Origin: an uncultured Gammaproteobacteria bacterium
GTDB taxonomy: Bacteria; Patescibacteriota; Patescibacteriia; Magasanikbacterales; UBA922
Assembly (NCBI GenBank): GCA_964566225.1
Contig: CAZMHV010000001.1
Location: 242,651-306,650, forward strand
Direction of reading: 5' to 3'
Length of the DNA stretch: 64,000 nt
Below are positions 9,639 through 20,811 of the stretch, piece by piece. A program made the translations under genes and the position numbers. Every line of letters begins with the position of its first letter. The stretch's first letter is position 1. The notes under the pieces were generated by a model that saw nothing but the letters and a program-made list of their open reading frames with translations, was not told the origin of the DNA and ran no database searches.

Positions 9639-10385
9639 ATGGAAACTCAACTTCCCCCAGATATACGTCAGTCTGTTGAAGATGAAAGAAATAAATTTGA
9701 TCCAATTGAGTTAACTTCGCTTGAAGACATGACTGATTTTTGGCTTACCTTCAGAAAGAATAACGGTCTCACCATAAAAGATACAGAAAAAGAACTCCGT
9801 ATGGCACACCTCCAAGCTCTGGAGACACTGGAAAAAATAAAGGCAGGGAACGAAATTTTTTATGGAGTAAAAAAAGATGGAAAAATTATTGCAACAGGAT
9901 TGCTCCATTTAATACCAGAACGTACCAGTATTCGAAAGGAATCAAATCATTCTTGGTATGCGTACCTCGGACTTCTGACTGTGAATCCTGAATATCGAGG
10001 TAAATCTATTGCAAAAAAATTGACTGAAGTGAGAATGGAAAGAGCCAAACAAGAAGGTGCAGCAGGTGTCACAACTCACGTTTTTGCTTCAAACCCGCGA
10101 GCATTGGCTACTAAATTTGATGATGGATTTTATGTAGATCATTTAAATATTCAAGATGATGAGTTAATTGGGTTTAATTTAAAAAAAGATTTTAAAGAAT
10201 CATACTTTTCTCCAGATCCCAAAAAAGGACACCTTCGAGAACTCAAGGAAGTAAATTTAAGTAATCACCAAAGTATTCGTGAAGATGAAGAAAATGGTTG
10301 GAGAGGAATTGATATTAAAAATCTTGGTGATGCGAAAGATAACGATCCTACAAAATGGAATTTAATACTTGAAAAAGAGTTTTAA
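9639..10385 (+). CDS. GNAT family N-acetyltransferase
   Basis: LTVNPEYRGKSIAKKL motif A; N..AL. Confidence 0.8.
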   Translation: METQLPPDIRQSVEDERNKFDPIELTSLEDMTDFWLTFRKNNGLTIKDTEKELRMAHLQALETLEKIKAGNEIFYGVKKDGKIIATGLLHLIPERTSIRKESNHSWYAYLGLLTVNPEYRGKSIAKKLTEVRMERAKQEGAAGVTTHVFASNPRALATKFDDGFYVDHLNIQDDELIGFNLKKDFKESYFSPDPKKGHLRELKEVNLSNHQSIREDEENGWRGIDIKNLGDAKDNDPTKWNLILEKEF

Positions 10386-10411
10386 AAAAGCAGCCTTGAA
10401 AAGCTGCTTTT

Positions 10412-10909
10412 CTATTCTATCATCAATAGAGTATACTCTACTTTTTTGCCCGCAATCTCCACTTTCACCGTCTCCCCCACTTTTCGTCCCAGCAGTGCTG
10501 CACCAATCGGAGAATTTTGTGAAATCACGCCTTGCGCTGGATTACTTTCGGAGGAACCCAAAATAGTATATTGTTTTTGTTTTCCGCCAGATTCAATAGT
10601 CACAGTATGTCCAATTTCAACACGAGTATTTTGCCGAGGTCTTTGAATAATGTCTGCCGCATTCAATTGTTTTTCTAAATCGAGTATTCCTTGGTTAATG
10701 CCACGCAATTTTCCTTTGGCAAGCTGATACTCCACATTTTCTGAAAAATCCCCCAGTTCTGCCAAACGACTCACTTCTTTGGCTGCAGCCGGCTGCACCG
10801 CACGAAGTCGCTCCAACTTTTTTTGCAATTCCAAAAACTTATCCTCGGTCATGGTCGGGTCTTTGGGAATAAGGGCGTATTTGCCTGGTTTGCGGTATGG
10901 GACTTGCAT
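10412..10909 (-). CDS. greA: Transcription elongation factor GreA/GreB family
   Basis: LGDFSENVEYQLAK; ISQNSPIGAALLG. Confidence 0.93.
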   Translation of the reverse strand: MQVPYRKPGKYALIPKDPTMTEDKFLELQKKLERLRAVQPAAAKEVSRLAELGDFSENVEYQLAKGKLRGINQGILDLEKQLNAADIIQRPRQNTRVEIGHTVTIESGGKQKQYTILGSSESNPAQGVISQNSPIGAALLGRKVGETVKVEIAGKKVEYTLLMIE

Positions 10910-11012
10910 AGAACAGACATACTATACCGTTTCCCGGGCCTTCTGTAAAGCCAAAGCCCCCTTGTGTTTTTCTCAAATTGCGCTATAATACAACATATTT
11001 TAACTTCTTCCC

Positions 11013-11852
11013 ATGCTTATTGACGGCCACGCTCTTGCAGACGAAATCCTCGCCAAAACCAAACGCAAGGCAACGCAACTCAAAAAGAAAAAAATTACTC
11101 CTCACCTTGGAGTTGTTTTTGTTGGCAGTGACAGCCGCTCAGGCGTGTATATTCGCAAAAAGGGTGAAGCCGCAGAAGCCGTTGGCATAAAATTTTCACT
11201 GTTTCAATTTAACGAAAAAATCAAAGAAAAAAAATTGATTGAAGAAATAGCACACATTCAAAAAACCCAAAAACTCACCGGGCTCATTGTGCAACTCCCC
11301 TTGCCTGAGCACCTGTACACTCCACACATTCTCAATGCGATTGATCCAAAAATTGACGTGGATTGTTTGACGCACGAAAACTTGGGCAAACTCATGATGA
11401 AATGGGGAGAACTGTTTCCACCCACACCTGATGCGTGTATGGAATGTATCAAATCACTTGGTGTAGAACTGCCTGGAAAAAATGTGGTGATTGTGGGTGC
11501 TGGGGCACTCGTGGGTAAACCACTCTCTATTATGCTCATGAACGAACGTGCCACAGTGACCACCTGCAACAGTGCTACCAAAAATTTTAAAAAATTGTGC
11601 AAAGAAGCAGATATTATTATTACTGGTGTTGGCAAAAAAGATATTATTCGTGGAAACATGGTCAAAAAAGGTGCGGTTATTATTGACGCAGGAATTTGTT
11701 TTGACCAAGGAAAAATTTATGGGGACGTAAATGTAAAGGAAGTAGAAAAAAAGGCCTTGGCCGTCACTCCGACTCCTGGTGGAGTTGGCCCCATTACGGT
11801 GGCAAAACTCCTCTGGAATACAGTTTTGTGCGCCGAACGCATGAAAAAATAA
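11013..11852 (+). CDS. folD: Methylenetetrahydrofolate dehydrogenase/cyclohydrolase
   Basis: VQLPLP, KIDVDCL, VGKPL, TPTPGGVGPITVAKL. Confidence 0.95.
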   Translation: MLIDGHALADEILAKTKRKATQLKKKKITPHLGVVFVGSDSRSGVYIRKKGEAAEAVGIKFSLFQFNEKIKEKKLIEEIAHIQKTQKLTGLIVQLPLPEHLYTPHILNAIDPKIDVDCLTHENLGKLMMKWGELFPPTPDACMECIKSLGVELPGKNVVIVGAGALVGKPLSIMLMNERATVTTCNSATKNFKKLCKEADIIITGVGKKDIIRGNMVKKGAVIIDAGICFDQGKIYGDVNVKEVEKKALAVTPTPGGVGPITVAKLLWNTVLCAERMKK

Positions 11853-11905
11853 CCTTCACGAACTACAAAAAAACCTCTGTAACAGAGGTTTTTCTTTTTT
11901 ACACG

Positions 11906-12283
11906 TTATTTACTTTTTGATTTTTTCGAAAATGCTTTTTTGGTAACAGTTTTGGTTTCACTCACTTTTTCTTCTACGGTTGCCTTTATATTTTCCCACT
12001 GAGATAAAACAATTTTTACCACCATTTCTTTGACAGACTCCAGAGCTGGATATTTTTCAAAGTATTTGTCTACTTTTTGTTGTACCAATTTGGTATACGC
12101 AGATTTGGATGATACATATTTTTTATCCATCTTTTTGAGCTCTTTTACGATATCTTCATAAATATCTGCAGCTGCCTCAAGCATTTTATCTCGAGTTTCC
12201 TTGCCCTTTTTGCTTGAAGTGAGCCAAATAAGCCCAGCTCCCAAAAGTCCTCCAAACAAAAGTGTTTTTTTGAGTTTTGACAT
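11906..12283 (-). CDS. YtxH-like protein
   Basis: FGGLLGAGLIWL.SSKKGKETR N-terminus. Confidence 0.75.
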   Translation of the reverse strand: MSKLKKTLLFGGLLGAGLIWLTSSKKGKETRDKMLEAAADIYEDIVKELKKMDKKYVSSKSAYTKLVQQKVDKYFEKYPALESVKEMVVKIVLSQWENIKATVEEKVSETKTVTKKAFSKKSKSK

Positions 12284-12332
12284 AAAAAAGTTTTAAAGAA
12301 AAAATACTCTCTTCTTTCATTGTATACCTCTC

Positions 12333-13526
12333 TTAGTCTTTCTGCAAACTAGTATACAAGTCAACCGTGGCTGCAATAATCATAGGCCATGAAAAAAGTT
12401 GTTCTGCAGACTCACGTGCTTGCTGTTTCCAATGTTGCATACCTTCTCTATCTGTAAAATATTCTTGTATACTTTGAGCCAAGGCAACAGAATTTTTGAC
12501 TGGTACAGTAAAACCACCCTGTTCTGCTACAGTACGTACGCCAGGTAAGTCAGAAGCAAGGACAGGGACACCACTGGCCATAGCCTCAAGCAAAACTAAG
12601 CCAAACGCCTCATTACGCTCTGTAGAAGGAAATACAAATAAATCAGCCATATGGTAGTATCGTGGGAGTTCATCGTCTTCTACGCGTCCTACAAAGCGTA
12701 CTAGCTCACCAAGCCCCAAAGCCTTGGCCTGCATTTCATAATTACTCCGCAAATCTCCATTCCCCACCAACACTGCCTGAATTTCAACACCTTTATTTTT
12801 CAAAAGTGACAAAGCTTGCAAAAGTACTGGTACACCCTTAAAGTAATGTGCTGTATCCATACCACCTACAAACAGTACCGTAGGGAATGTTGAACGGAGT
12901 GAGTGACGTACAAACAAATCAAGTGGCTTGGGTGCTGGAAAAAATCTTTCGGTATCTACTCCAAAAGGAATCTCGTACCATTTTTCTTTTGTTTTTTGAT
13001 ATATAATCGAGGCATCACCATGTTCAACATAGTCAAATGTACTGGCAATAATAGCATCGGCCACACCCAAAATTTTTGGCATCCAGTATTTGGCATACCA
13101 TTTAAAGACAAGTCCTTTCCAACTCGGAGCACGAGTATCCATGTGATACGTAATTACGAGTGGTTTCTCAGGATTGCGTAATTTCCATTTGCGCACCAAA
13201 TTGGCAGTACCAAAAAATGGATAGTGCAAATGCACTACATCAAATTCATCAAGTTCGCCGCCTATATTTGGTAACCTCGCAGCATTGCCGTATTCGAGAC
13301 TCGGTGTTATGCGTTTGGCATAGTCAATGGTTTCTTGAATTTGAGGTGCATGAGTTTGTGCTGGAGCAGCTTCTTTACTACGTATTTCTTTATTTTCTGC
13401 ATAGAGCGGGGTCAGTACTTCCACTTCATGACCCTGTTGGACCAATTCCTCAGCCATTTGAAATACAACATTCCCCATGCCACCGAAGTATGGAGGGTAC
13501 GCGCAGACAATATGTGCTATTTTCAT
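12333..13526 (-). CDS. Glycosyltransferase family 4
   Basis: YPPYFGG, LFVG, EAFGLVLLEAMASGVPV. Confidence 0.93.
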   Translation of the reverse strand: MKIAHIVCAYPPYFGGMGNVVFQMAEELVQQGHEVEVLTPLYAENKEIRSKEAAPAQTHAPQIQETIDYAKRITPSLEYGNAARLPNIGGELDEFDVVHLHYPFFGTANLVRKWKLRNPEKPLVITYHMDTRAPSWKGLVFKWYAKYWMPKILGVADAIIASTFDYVEHGDASIIYQKTKEKWYEIPFGVDTERFFPAPKPLDLFVRHSLRSTFPTVLFVGGMDTAHYFKGVPVLLQALSLLKNKGVEIQAVLVGNGDLRSNYEMQAKALGLGELVRFVGRVEDDELPRYYHMADLFVFPSTERNEAFGLVLLEAMASGVPVLASDLPGVRTVAEQGGFTVPVKNSVALAQSIQEYFTDREGMQHWKQQARESAEQLFSWPMIIAATVDLYTSLQKD

Positions 13527-13558
13527 ATAAGTGAACACTTATCGAGATACCATCAGAA

Positions 13559-13888
13559 TTACTTTTTTTTCAAGGCTTTTTCTCTTACCACTTTGGTGAC
13601 ATCTCGGTTCATATTTTCAATTTTGATATGGAGTCGAAACACCAAAAAGAAAAGTGTAATGACAGAAATATAGAGAACAAAATCACTTCCTCTGCCAATA
13701 CCAAAAGCGGATGCAATCATTTGGACACTATTTGGCCACATCACGACCAAAGAAACTCCGAGCCAAAATAAAATCCAAAAAAATGTTCCCTTCACTCCCA
13801 GGGTTCCCTTATTTTTAAGCTGAACAATATTGACAAGAGTAGCAAGTGCAAACAATACTACAAGCAATTGAAAAATGAGAATAGACAT
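13559..13888 (-). CDS. DUF2304 family membrane protein
   Basis: FGIGRGSDF motif, three TM segments, adjacent to GT2. Confidence 0.88.
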   Translation of the reverse strand: MSILIFQLLVVLFALATLVNIVQLKNKGTLGVKGTFFWILFWLGVSLVVMWPNSVQMIASAFGIGRGSDFVLYISVITLFFLVFRLHIKIENMNRDVTKVVREKALKKK

Positions 13889-13894
13889 AAAAAA

Positions 13895-14554
13895 TTATTT
13901 TAAAAATTTTCCAGTAATCAAATCTTTTACCACATGGAGTCCCCCAATACCACTTTGTCCATATTCATGATAGGTCACCGTAATTGGGAATTCTACATAT
14001 GATAAATTGTGAAATTTTACCAATGCTGGAATTTCGGTAGCATGAGCCATTCTCTCTTGAGTAATCACAATTTTTTCAAGAGCCTTAGCAGACAAAATAC
14101 GAAAACCATTGTGAACGTCACTCAGTGGCACACTCCCAAATACCATATCAATTATTTTTCCAAGTGGAAAGATAATATTTTTTTTCGTCCAAGGTATATT
14201 GGAATCTTTTCCCAAAAAACGTGAACCAAAGAGTATATCTGCCTTTTTGTCTTTCAATTCATTGAGCGCTGGAGCAATATCTGCAACATCAAATTGACCA
14301 TCAGCATCAAAGTGAATAATATATTCAGCGCCAATACTGCGTGCGTAGGCATGTCCAGTCTCCAGTGCTGCTCCTTGGCCACGGTTTATTTCGTGTTGTA
14401 ATACCACAGCACCGGCACCCTTTGCCAAAGCAACCGTCGCATCAAGAGAAGCATCATCAACAACCACAACAGAATCGACCTCGGTGAGGAGGTCGCTGAT
14501 TACCGAAGCAATTGATTTTTCTTCATTGTACGCAGGAACAATGGCAACAAACAT
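13895..14554 (-). CDS. Glycosyltransferase family 2 (DPM-synthase-like)
   Basis: VPAYNEE, VVDDAS.D, FDADGQF, GSRF. Confidence 0.93.
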   Translation of the reverse strand: MFVAIVPAYNEEKSIASVISDLLTEVDSVVVVDDASLDATVALAKGAGAVVLQHEINRGQGAALETGHAYARSIGAEYIIHFDADGQFDVADIAPALNELKDKKADILFGSRFLGKDSNIPWTKKNIIFPLGKIIDMVFGSVPLSDVHNGFRILSAKALEKIVITQERMAHATEIPALVKFHNLSYVEFPITVTYHEYGQSGIGGLHVVKDLITGKFLK

Positions 14555-14555
14555 A

Positions 14556-15581
14556 TTATTTAAAAGTTGATCCAAGCATTTCTTTGTTGGCAATGGTATA
14601 GTCAATAGTTTTGCGCAGACCATCTTCCATGCGCACGAGTGGAAGCCATGCTAAATTTTCTTTGGCACGACGCAAATCTGGAATTCCTTTTTTGGACATA
14701 AAACTCAGTGCATTTTCAAAAATAACTTTGGACTCTGAACCAGTCATTTTAATAATTGCTTCAGCGATATCGATAATTCGATACATTTGATCTGAACCCA
14801 AGTTTACCAACGAAATTTCTGGAGGAGATTTCATGAGACGTACGAGTCCATCAACAATATCTGACACATAACACAGGGACTGCGCACTATTTGGATCCCC
14901 ATATACTACCAAGTCTCTCCCTTCAAGTGCATCAATGATAAAATCAGGAATAAGCAACCCATCACGCAACTGCATACGTGGACCATAGGTCGTAAACAGA
15001 CGCGCAATTTTGGTATCAATGCCATGAACCTGTTTATACGTACTCACACAGGTTTCAGCAAAACGCTTTCCTTCGTCATAACAACCTCGAGGAGACAAGT
15101 GATTTACTGCTCCTTCGTCTTGTTCCGCAAAAGAAACCCGGTCTGGACGAGCATCACCGTAGACCACAGAACTTGAAGCAAATACGTACTTAGAACGATA
15201 TTTTACGGCCAAATCAAGCGTAGAAAGCATGGCACTGGAATTTGCCCAAAGTGAGTGCATTTTGAGTGATTCAAAATTTTTGGCACTGGTAGGACATGCC
15301 AGATGATAGATTTCTTGAATTCCTTGAAATTTTACCTTAAATTTATCAAGTTCTTCAAAACTGTCAAGATCTATTGGATTATTGGTATCAAATTTAATAA
15401 ATTCAAAATCTGGGTATTGAAGCAGGTGATCAATATTGTGAATGCTTGAATGTGATAAATCATCTATACAAATTACCTTTGCCTCACGCAGAAGTCTTTC
15501 ACACAGGTGTGAACCAATAAAACCAGCACCACCGGTGACAATGACATTCTTTTTTTCAAATATTGGGATTTCATTCAGCAT
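14556..15581 (-). CDS. NAD-dependent epimerase/dehydratase (UDP-glucuronate decarboxylase-like)
   Basis: TGGAGFIGSHL, YHLACPTS, CYDEGKRFAET, TYGPRM. Confidence 0.92.
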   Translation of the reverse strand: MLNEIPIFEKKNVIVTGGAGFIGSHLCERLLREAKVICIDDLSHSSIHNIDHLLQYPDFEFIKFDTNNPIDLDSFEELDKFKVKFQGIQEIYHLACPTSAKNFESLKMHSLWANSSAMLSTLDLAVKYRSKYVFASSSVVYGDARPDRVSFAEQDEGAVNHLSPRGCYDEGKRFAETCVSTYKQVHGIDTKIARLFTTYGPRMQLRDGLLIPDFIIDALEGRDLVVYGDPNSAQSLCYVSDIVDGLVRLMKSPPEISLVNLGSDQMYRIIDIAEAIIKMTGSESKVIFENALSFMSKKGIPDLRRAKENLAWLPLVRMEDGLRKTIDYTIANKEMLGSTFK

Positions 15582-15598
15582 AGGTTTAAATTCAAATA

Positions 15599-17725
15599 TT
15601 ATTTTACAAATGGAACCACAAAAAAATTATTTGTAGAAGCATTTTTGAGTGGAAGTAAAAATTTTATATCTAACCCTTTACCAAATACCGCATACACACC
15701 ACGACCACCATTTTTTTCATTGGCCAAAATTTCATATTTTCCATCACTGTCAAAGTCATCAAAACTAATATTTGCTTTTTCTTCTTTATTCAAAAATTGA
15801 AAAATCGGTGTACGCACGATAAGTTTTCCATTGTTATCATAATACCTCACCCAGAGTGTATGTTCTGCAATAATAAAGGCTGCGTATTCACCAATGCCAT
15901 CACCATCGACATCTCCATAAAAAAGTCCACCAAGCTCTGTTTTGGGTGATAATTCTGTTCTACGAAGCAATTCTCCCCTGCCTTTATACTCATCCAAAAA
16001 CACCTGTGTCCCTTGTTTATACAAAACCGCAATAACTTCTTTATCAAGCACAGCATCATGCTTTCTTGTAATACTTACACCTGTATGCTTTTGAGTACTG
16101 GTCACTGAAAACAATTCATTTCCATTTTTGTCAGAAACAGAAAAAAGTAATGTATCTGCTACTTTTGGTGCGAGCACTACCTCTGGTTCGCGATCACCAA
16201 TAACATCAGCAAAAATCAAAGTAGACGGAAAATTGAGCATCTTTCGAAAACCACCTATTCGTTGAAAATTTTTGTCAAAAGTTCGAATTACTGAGTATCC
16301 ATCGGCTCGAAAATATAATACCCCATAGCGACTTTCAATACTTTTATTTTTATATCGTGCAAAACTTTCAAGTCCTTGGAAAAAAACTAAATTCTTCTGT
16401 TCTTTGGCAGTCCCGAGTCCACTCGAGAGATAATCATACATGTCGCCCACACCAGAGTTGCCTTCAAACAAAAACAAACCCAATGACTCAGGAACAGCTA
16501 TAGGCGGAAGTGGTTGCGGAGTCACGAGGGGAGGAACCGGAGACTGGGGTTGTTTAATATCTGGTGCAGGTGCAGGAACAACTTCGACGGCAACAGGTGG
16601 AGGCGCCAATACACGAGGACCTAGAGTTGGAACAACACCAGAAAGTGCCGCTACTACAGCTTTATCAATTTGGAGTAAACCTCTTCCAAATAAATGTGCA
16701 TAGACACCTTCGTCAACAGGAGGTGTTTTGTGGACAGTTCCAAGCAAGGTATTATAAATTTCTGTAGCTTTCCAACTTGGTTGCAATGCTTTTACCAAAG
16801 CAGCCGCACCACTCACAAACGGAGCAGAAAAAGAAGTCCCATTCCAATATCCACCATACAAATCTGGAAGCCCTACCGTGATATCGAACCTCATATCACT
16901 CAAAATATGGACTCCAGGGGCAGCCAAATCAATACAACGTGACCCATAATTAGAAAACGATGCCAAATGATGACTTTCACCTACCGCACTCACACCGAGA
17001 ACCAGTTGCTTATCAAGATACGCATCAACACAGGCAGGAAACCGTGGAGTCGCATCCAAAAATCGACTATCATTCCCCGCAGCAGCGACCACCACTACTC
17101 CTTTGTCTGAAGCATATTCAAAAGCACGCACAAGTTCAGGCTCACTTGAATCCCCTACCATGCTGATATTGATAACACTTGCACCATTATCAACAGCGTA
17201 ACGAATGGCACGACTCAGTAATACCAAATCACCAGAACCACTATTATCAATAACTTTTATATTCATGAGACGAACCTTCCAATTGATGCCTGCTCCAGCA
17301 ACACTATTGTCACCCACACCACCAATAATACCTGCGACAACAGTGCCATGATGAAAAATACCTTCTTGTTTTTGTACTTCAGTCAGATTGGCAACACTTG
17401 GAACTGGATCATTGTTGTTGCCTACAAAATTCCATCCCCATACATCATCGACATATCCATTGGTATCGTCATCAATACCATTGTTTTCAATTTCTTTTTG
17501 GTTCTTCCAGACATTATCTTTTAAGTCAGGGTGATTGGCATCAAAACCATTATCAATCACAGCAACAATCACATCTTTGGAGCCAGTGGTATAGTCCCAC
17601 GCACCATATGCTTTTACATCAGTATATCCCCACTGTTGTACATACGGATCACTTGAAAGTTTGGCAAACAACTCATGTGGGAACATCAATGCAATAAGAG
17701 TGACTATAACAAGCTTTGTGTTCAT
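15599..17725 (-). CDS. Secreted S8 subtilisin-like serine peptidase with Pro-rich linker and FG-GAP-like C-terminus
   Basis: Signal peptide; VAVIDNG, HGTVVAG, AAAGN, GTSFSAP; GDVDGDG repeats. Confidence 0.92.
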   Translation of the reverse strand: MNTKLVIVTLIALMFPHELFAKLSSDPYVQQWGYTDVKAYGAWDYTTGSKDVIVAVIDNGFDANHPDLKDNVWKNQKEIENNGIDDDTNGYVDDVWGWNFVGNNNDPVPSVANLTEVQKQEGIFHHGTVVAGIIGGVGDNSVAGAGINWKVRLMNIKVIDNSGSGDLVLLSRAIRYAVDNGASVINISMVGDSSEPELVRAFEYASDKGVVVVAAAGNDSRFLDATPRFPACVDAYLDKQLVLGVSAVGESHHLASFSNYGSRCIDLAAPGVHILSDMRFDITVGLPDLYGGYWNGTSFSAPFVSGAAALVKALQPSWKATEIYNTLLGTVHKTPPVDEGVYAHLFGRGLLQIDKAVVAALSGVVPTLGPRVLAPPPVAVEVVPAPAPDIKQPQSPVPPLVTPQPLPPIAVPESLGLFLFEGNSGVGDMYDYLSSGLGTAKEQKNLVFFQGLESFARYKNKSIESRYGVLYFRADGYSVIRTFDKNFQRIGGFRKMLNFPSTLIFADVIGDREPEVVLAPKVADTLLFSVSDKNGNELFSVTSTQKHTGVSITRKHDAVLDKEVIAVLYKQGTQVFLDEYKGRGELLRRTELSPKTELGGLFYGDVDGDGIGEYAAFIIAEHTLWVRYYDNNGKLIVRTPIFQFLNKEEKANISFDDFDSDGKYEILANEKNGGRGVYAVFGKGLDIKFLLPLKNASTNNFFVVPFVK

Positions 17726-17742
17726 ACAAGAAAGACAATATA

Positions 17743-19239
17743 CTATTGTGCTATAAAGTAACTTCCATCACCTGTCACAGGATGACGTAAAAAAGCTGGG
17801 TCAGTTTTGAGTGTTGCTTTGGCTTTGGTAATTGGTACCAAAATAGTTGGACGGATGATAAAATTATCTGCAAATGGAAGTACTATATCATCCTCTTTTG
17901 ATTTTTTAAGTTTATTATAATTGTAGTATTGTCCATCTGTATTACGGAAAAAATTTGTTTTAGTATCAGGATCATACACGACTGACCCAATTGGATACTC
18001 ATACGTATGTTCAGGAACCGTACGCAATTCTCTGTATCCTACAGGTGATTGATTATTTAAAATTTCCTTACCATCAACAATGGCATCGCCATCCGTATCA
18101 GCGAGTACAGGATCACTAAACCAATAGATAATCTCTTCGTAATCACTCAAACCATCAGCATCAGAGTCAACTTTATAATCACTTGATCCATACATTTCTT
18201 CTTGTTTTTTATCAAGACCATCTTGATCTCGATCTTCACGTTGCGTATATACGGTTTGAGATCTTACACGATAAAAAATTTCATAAAATGCATCCATGGT
18301 CATAATTCGTTTCTGCCAGTCTTTGCCAAAAAGCACATAGGCTTCGGCTTCGGAACGAAGTGGCCTGAGAAAACAACCAGGTTCTACTGCATACACTCGA
18401 GATGAGTTGGTAAAACGCAATAACCAAGTTCCTGAACGAAGACAAACAGGAGTTCCTACTTGGTACTCATGCAATTTAACTTGACTCACTACATTTACAT
18501 CCAAAAAATCTTTGAACCAAGAGTGAAACAGTGCATTGTGCAAAAATGCATGTAACCGTCCATCATATCCGTAGTAATACAGTGTATCAGATTGGCCTTT
18601 GAGCAAGGTTCCCTCTTTGAGATAACGACCAGGTTGAACATAACGAATTTTTTGAGATACTACTTTGGAGTTTCCAAAGGCATCACTATATTTGATAAAA
18701 ACTGTTTTATCACCAGTACCTGGAGTCAAAATCCAATTTACATTTTTTTGAACACGAATAGGTACTTCAAAAGAGTCAGCACTATTTCCTAAGGCAATCG
18801 TTTCTACCCCATCACTATACGTAAGGGCCACGTCAACATATCGAGAATTTGTTTCTGTTGCTTTGTTATTTATAGTAAAAGTAAGCGTAGTTTTGGCAGG
18901 GAGCTTCAACTCGATTGAGTCAGATACAATAGGACTATCATATCCACTTTTATCACGAAACTGCGCATACAGAGTTTTGGTACCAGGACCAGAGGTCAAT
19001 GTCCAATTTTTTTGAGAAAAAAATGACTCCCAGTTTGAACCAGACATATCAGCATTATTACTGATTCGAACATACTGAGGTGTCACAGAAGGGACAAACC
19101 ATAGAGTAACAAAACGAGTATTGGTACTGTTTTCACCTCTATTAATAGAGAGCGAAGGCTCTCCTGCTCGAACTGTCTGAGTACCAGCCAAAAAGAGGGC
19201 TAAAAGTACCAGGACACCCCAAAGTTGAAATTTTCTCAT
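17743..19239 (-). CDS. Secreted/surface protein with repeated IN...TN.R.V domains and DxDxDG Ca-binding repeats
   Basis: Signal peptide; two internal repeats; DRDQDGL, DSDADGL, DTDGDAI. Confidence 0.75.
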   Translation of the reverse strand: MRKFQLWGVLVLLALFLAGTQTVRAGEPSLSINRGENSTNTRFVTLWFVPSVTPQYVRISNNADMSGSNWESFFSQKNWTLTSGPGTKTLYAQFRDKSGYDSPIVSDSIELKLPAKTTLTFTINNKATETNSRYVDVALTYSDGVETIALGNSADSFEVPIRVQKNVNWILTPGTGDKTVFIKYSDAFGNSKVVSQKIRYVQPGRYLKEGTLLKGQSDTLYYYGYDGRLHAFLHNALFHSWFKDFLDVNVVSQVKLHEYQVGTPVCLRSGTWLLRFTNSSRVYAVEPGCFLRPLRSEAEAYVLFGKDWQKRIMTMDAFYEIFYRVRSQTVYTQREDRDQDGLDKKQEEMYGSSDYKVDSDADGLSDYEEIIYWFSDPVLADTDGDAIVDGKEILNNQSPVGYRELRTVPEHTYEYPIGSVVYDPDTKTNFFRNTDGQYYNYNKLKKSKEDDIVLPFADNFIIRPTILVPITKAKATLKTDPAFLRHPVTGDGSYFIAQ

Positions 19240-19308
19240 AGATATGCTAACTTAATGTGGGAAAATAATTTATCTCTATTATAGCAAAAAATTGAAACTG
19301 GCACAATT

Positions 19309-20700
19309 ATGAGAATTCTTTACCGTTTAAAACAGAGTATTTTAATAACCGGAGACCTCGTTTGTTTTTTGGTGGCCTTTGTTTTGGGTGAAGCACTCCG
19401 TGAGTTACAAGCCCCAAGCCTTCATACTTTGGAAGAAAACCTCCTTACCATGGCCGGTTTATTTTTTTTGTGGATTGCTATTAACTACATGAGTGGACTG
19501 TATGATTTGGTCCACTTGAGTAGTGACAAAAAACTCTTACGTCGTGCAAGTGAAGCGGCAGGGGTGTCACTTGTTGTAGGTTTAGGATACTTTTACTTTT
19601 TTGCCCCAAATGGAATTCAACCAAAAACGATTTTGGCTCTAACCAGCTTTTTTGGATTTGGTCTGAGTGTTGTACTGCGTCTTTTTTCACACAAAGTCAC
19701 TGGAGTAAAACAGTTACAAACAAGATTACTTTTGGTTGGATATAGTGACCAAATGCAAGATCTTATTGATACGGTTAAACTCCAAGAAAAAAAAGGATAT
19801 ATTATTTCTGCAGTTGTAGACCCCAATAAATCTCTAAAAAAAGACAATCATCCAGGACTTGATATATATACGAATCTCCAAGCAATTCGTCCGCTTATTA
19901 CCAATAAAAAAATAAATTTAGTAGTAGTAGCACCAGAGTTACGAAATGATCCTTCAGCAATGCGGGAACTCTATGAACTCCTCTTTTGGCCAGTATCAAT
20001 TATTAACTTATTTTCATTTTACGAACACATTACTGGACGAATACATCCCGCAACATTTTCTGAAGGTTGGTTTTTGGAACACCTCAAAGCAAATAAGCAC
20101 TTGCTGTATGAACGAGTGAGAGTTATCTTTGACTATAGTATTGGCCTCTGTGTGGCTCTTGTTTTTATACTCTTATTTCCTTTTATTTTTTTGGCAATTA
20201 AAATAAACTCCCGTGGACCAGTCCTGCTCAAACAAGAACGTGTCGGACTGTTTGGCAAAAAATTTAATCTTTATAAGTTTCGTTCTATGTATGCGCTTTC
20301 GGCCGATGGAAGTGCAGAAACCAAAGGATATGAATTTGCCAAAAAAGACGACAAACGTGTTACACTGGTTGGTAAATTTTTACGCAAAACTCGTATGGAC
20401 GAGATCCCTCAAGCACTCAACCTCCTCAAAGGTGATGTGGCACTTATTGGACCACGACCTGAACGACCAGAAATTGTAGCAGACCTCACTGCCCAAATGC
20501 CCTATTATCCTTTGCGCCATGTCGTCAAACCAGGGCTCACTGGCTGGGCAGTCATCAATCAAAATTATACAGACACACTTGAAAAGTCTTTGCAAAAATT
20601 ACAGTACGATTTATACTACATCAAAAATCGATCATTTTTGCTCGATGTCTCTATCTTGCTCCGAACCGTAAACATGTTGGTGCGATTTATGGGGCAATAA
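19309..20700 (+). CDS. Polyprenyl-phosphate glycosylphosphotransferase (WcaJ/WbaP-like sugar transferase)
   Basis: KFRSM, D.RVT.VGKFLRKTRMDEIPQ, IGPRPE, KPGLTGWA. Confidence 0.94.
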   Translation: MRILYRLKQSILITGDLVCFLVAFVLGEALRELQAPSLHTLEENLLTMAGLFFLWIAINYMSGLYDLVHLSSDKKLLRRASEAAGVSLVVGLGYFYFFAPNGIQPKTILALTSFFGFGLSVVLRLFSHKVTGVKQLQTRLLLVGYSDQMQDLIDTVKLQEKKGYIISAVVDPNKSLKKDNHPGLDIYTNLQAIRPLITNKKINLVVVAPELRNDPSAMRELYELLFWPVSIINLFSFYEHITGRIHPATFSEGWFLEHLKANKHLLYERVRVIFDYSIGLCVALVFILLFPFIFLAIKINSRGPVLLKQERVGLFGKKFNLYKFRSMYALSADGSAETKGYEFAKKDDKRVTLVGKFLRKTRMDEIPQALNLLKGDVALIGPRPERPEIVADLTAQMPYYPLRHVVKPGLTGWAVINQNYTDTLEKSLQKLQYDLYYIKNRSFLLDVSILLRTVNMLVRFMGQ

Positions 20701-20715
20701 AATTTTGCATACAAT

Positions 20716-20753
20716 AAAATATCCCGGATGCTCTCATAGCACCGGGATATTTT
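20716..20753. terminator. Bidirectional intrinsic terminator
   Basis: aaaatatcccgg...ccgggatatttt. Confidence 0.8.
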
Positions 20754-20811
20754 TATTTTGACCGAAGGCGAAGGGCTCCATACTTCGCCTGGTCTTTCTT
20801 GGGGTGAGGGT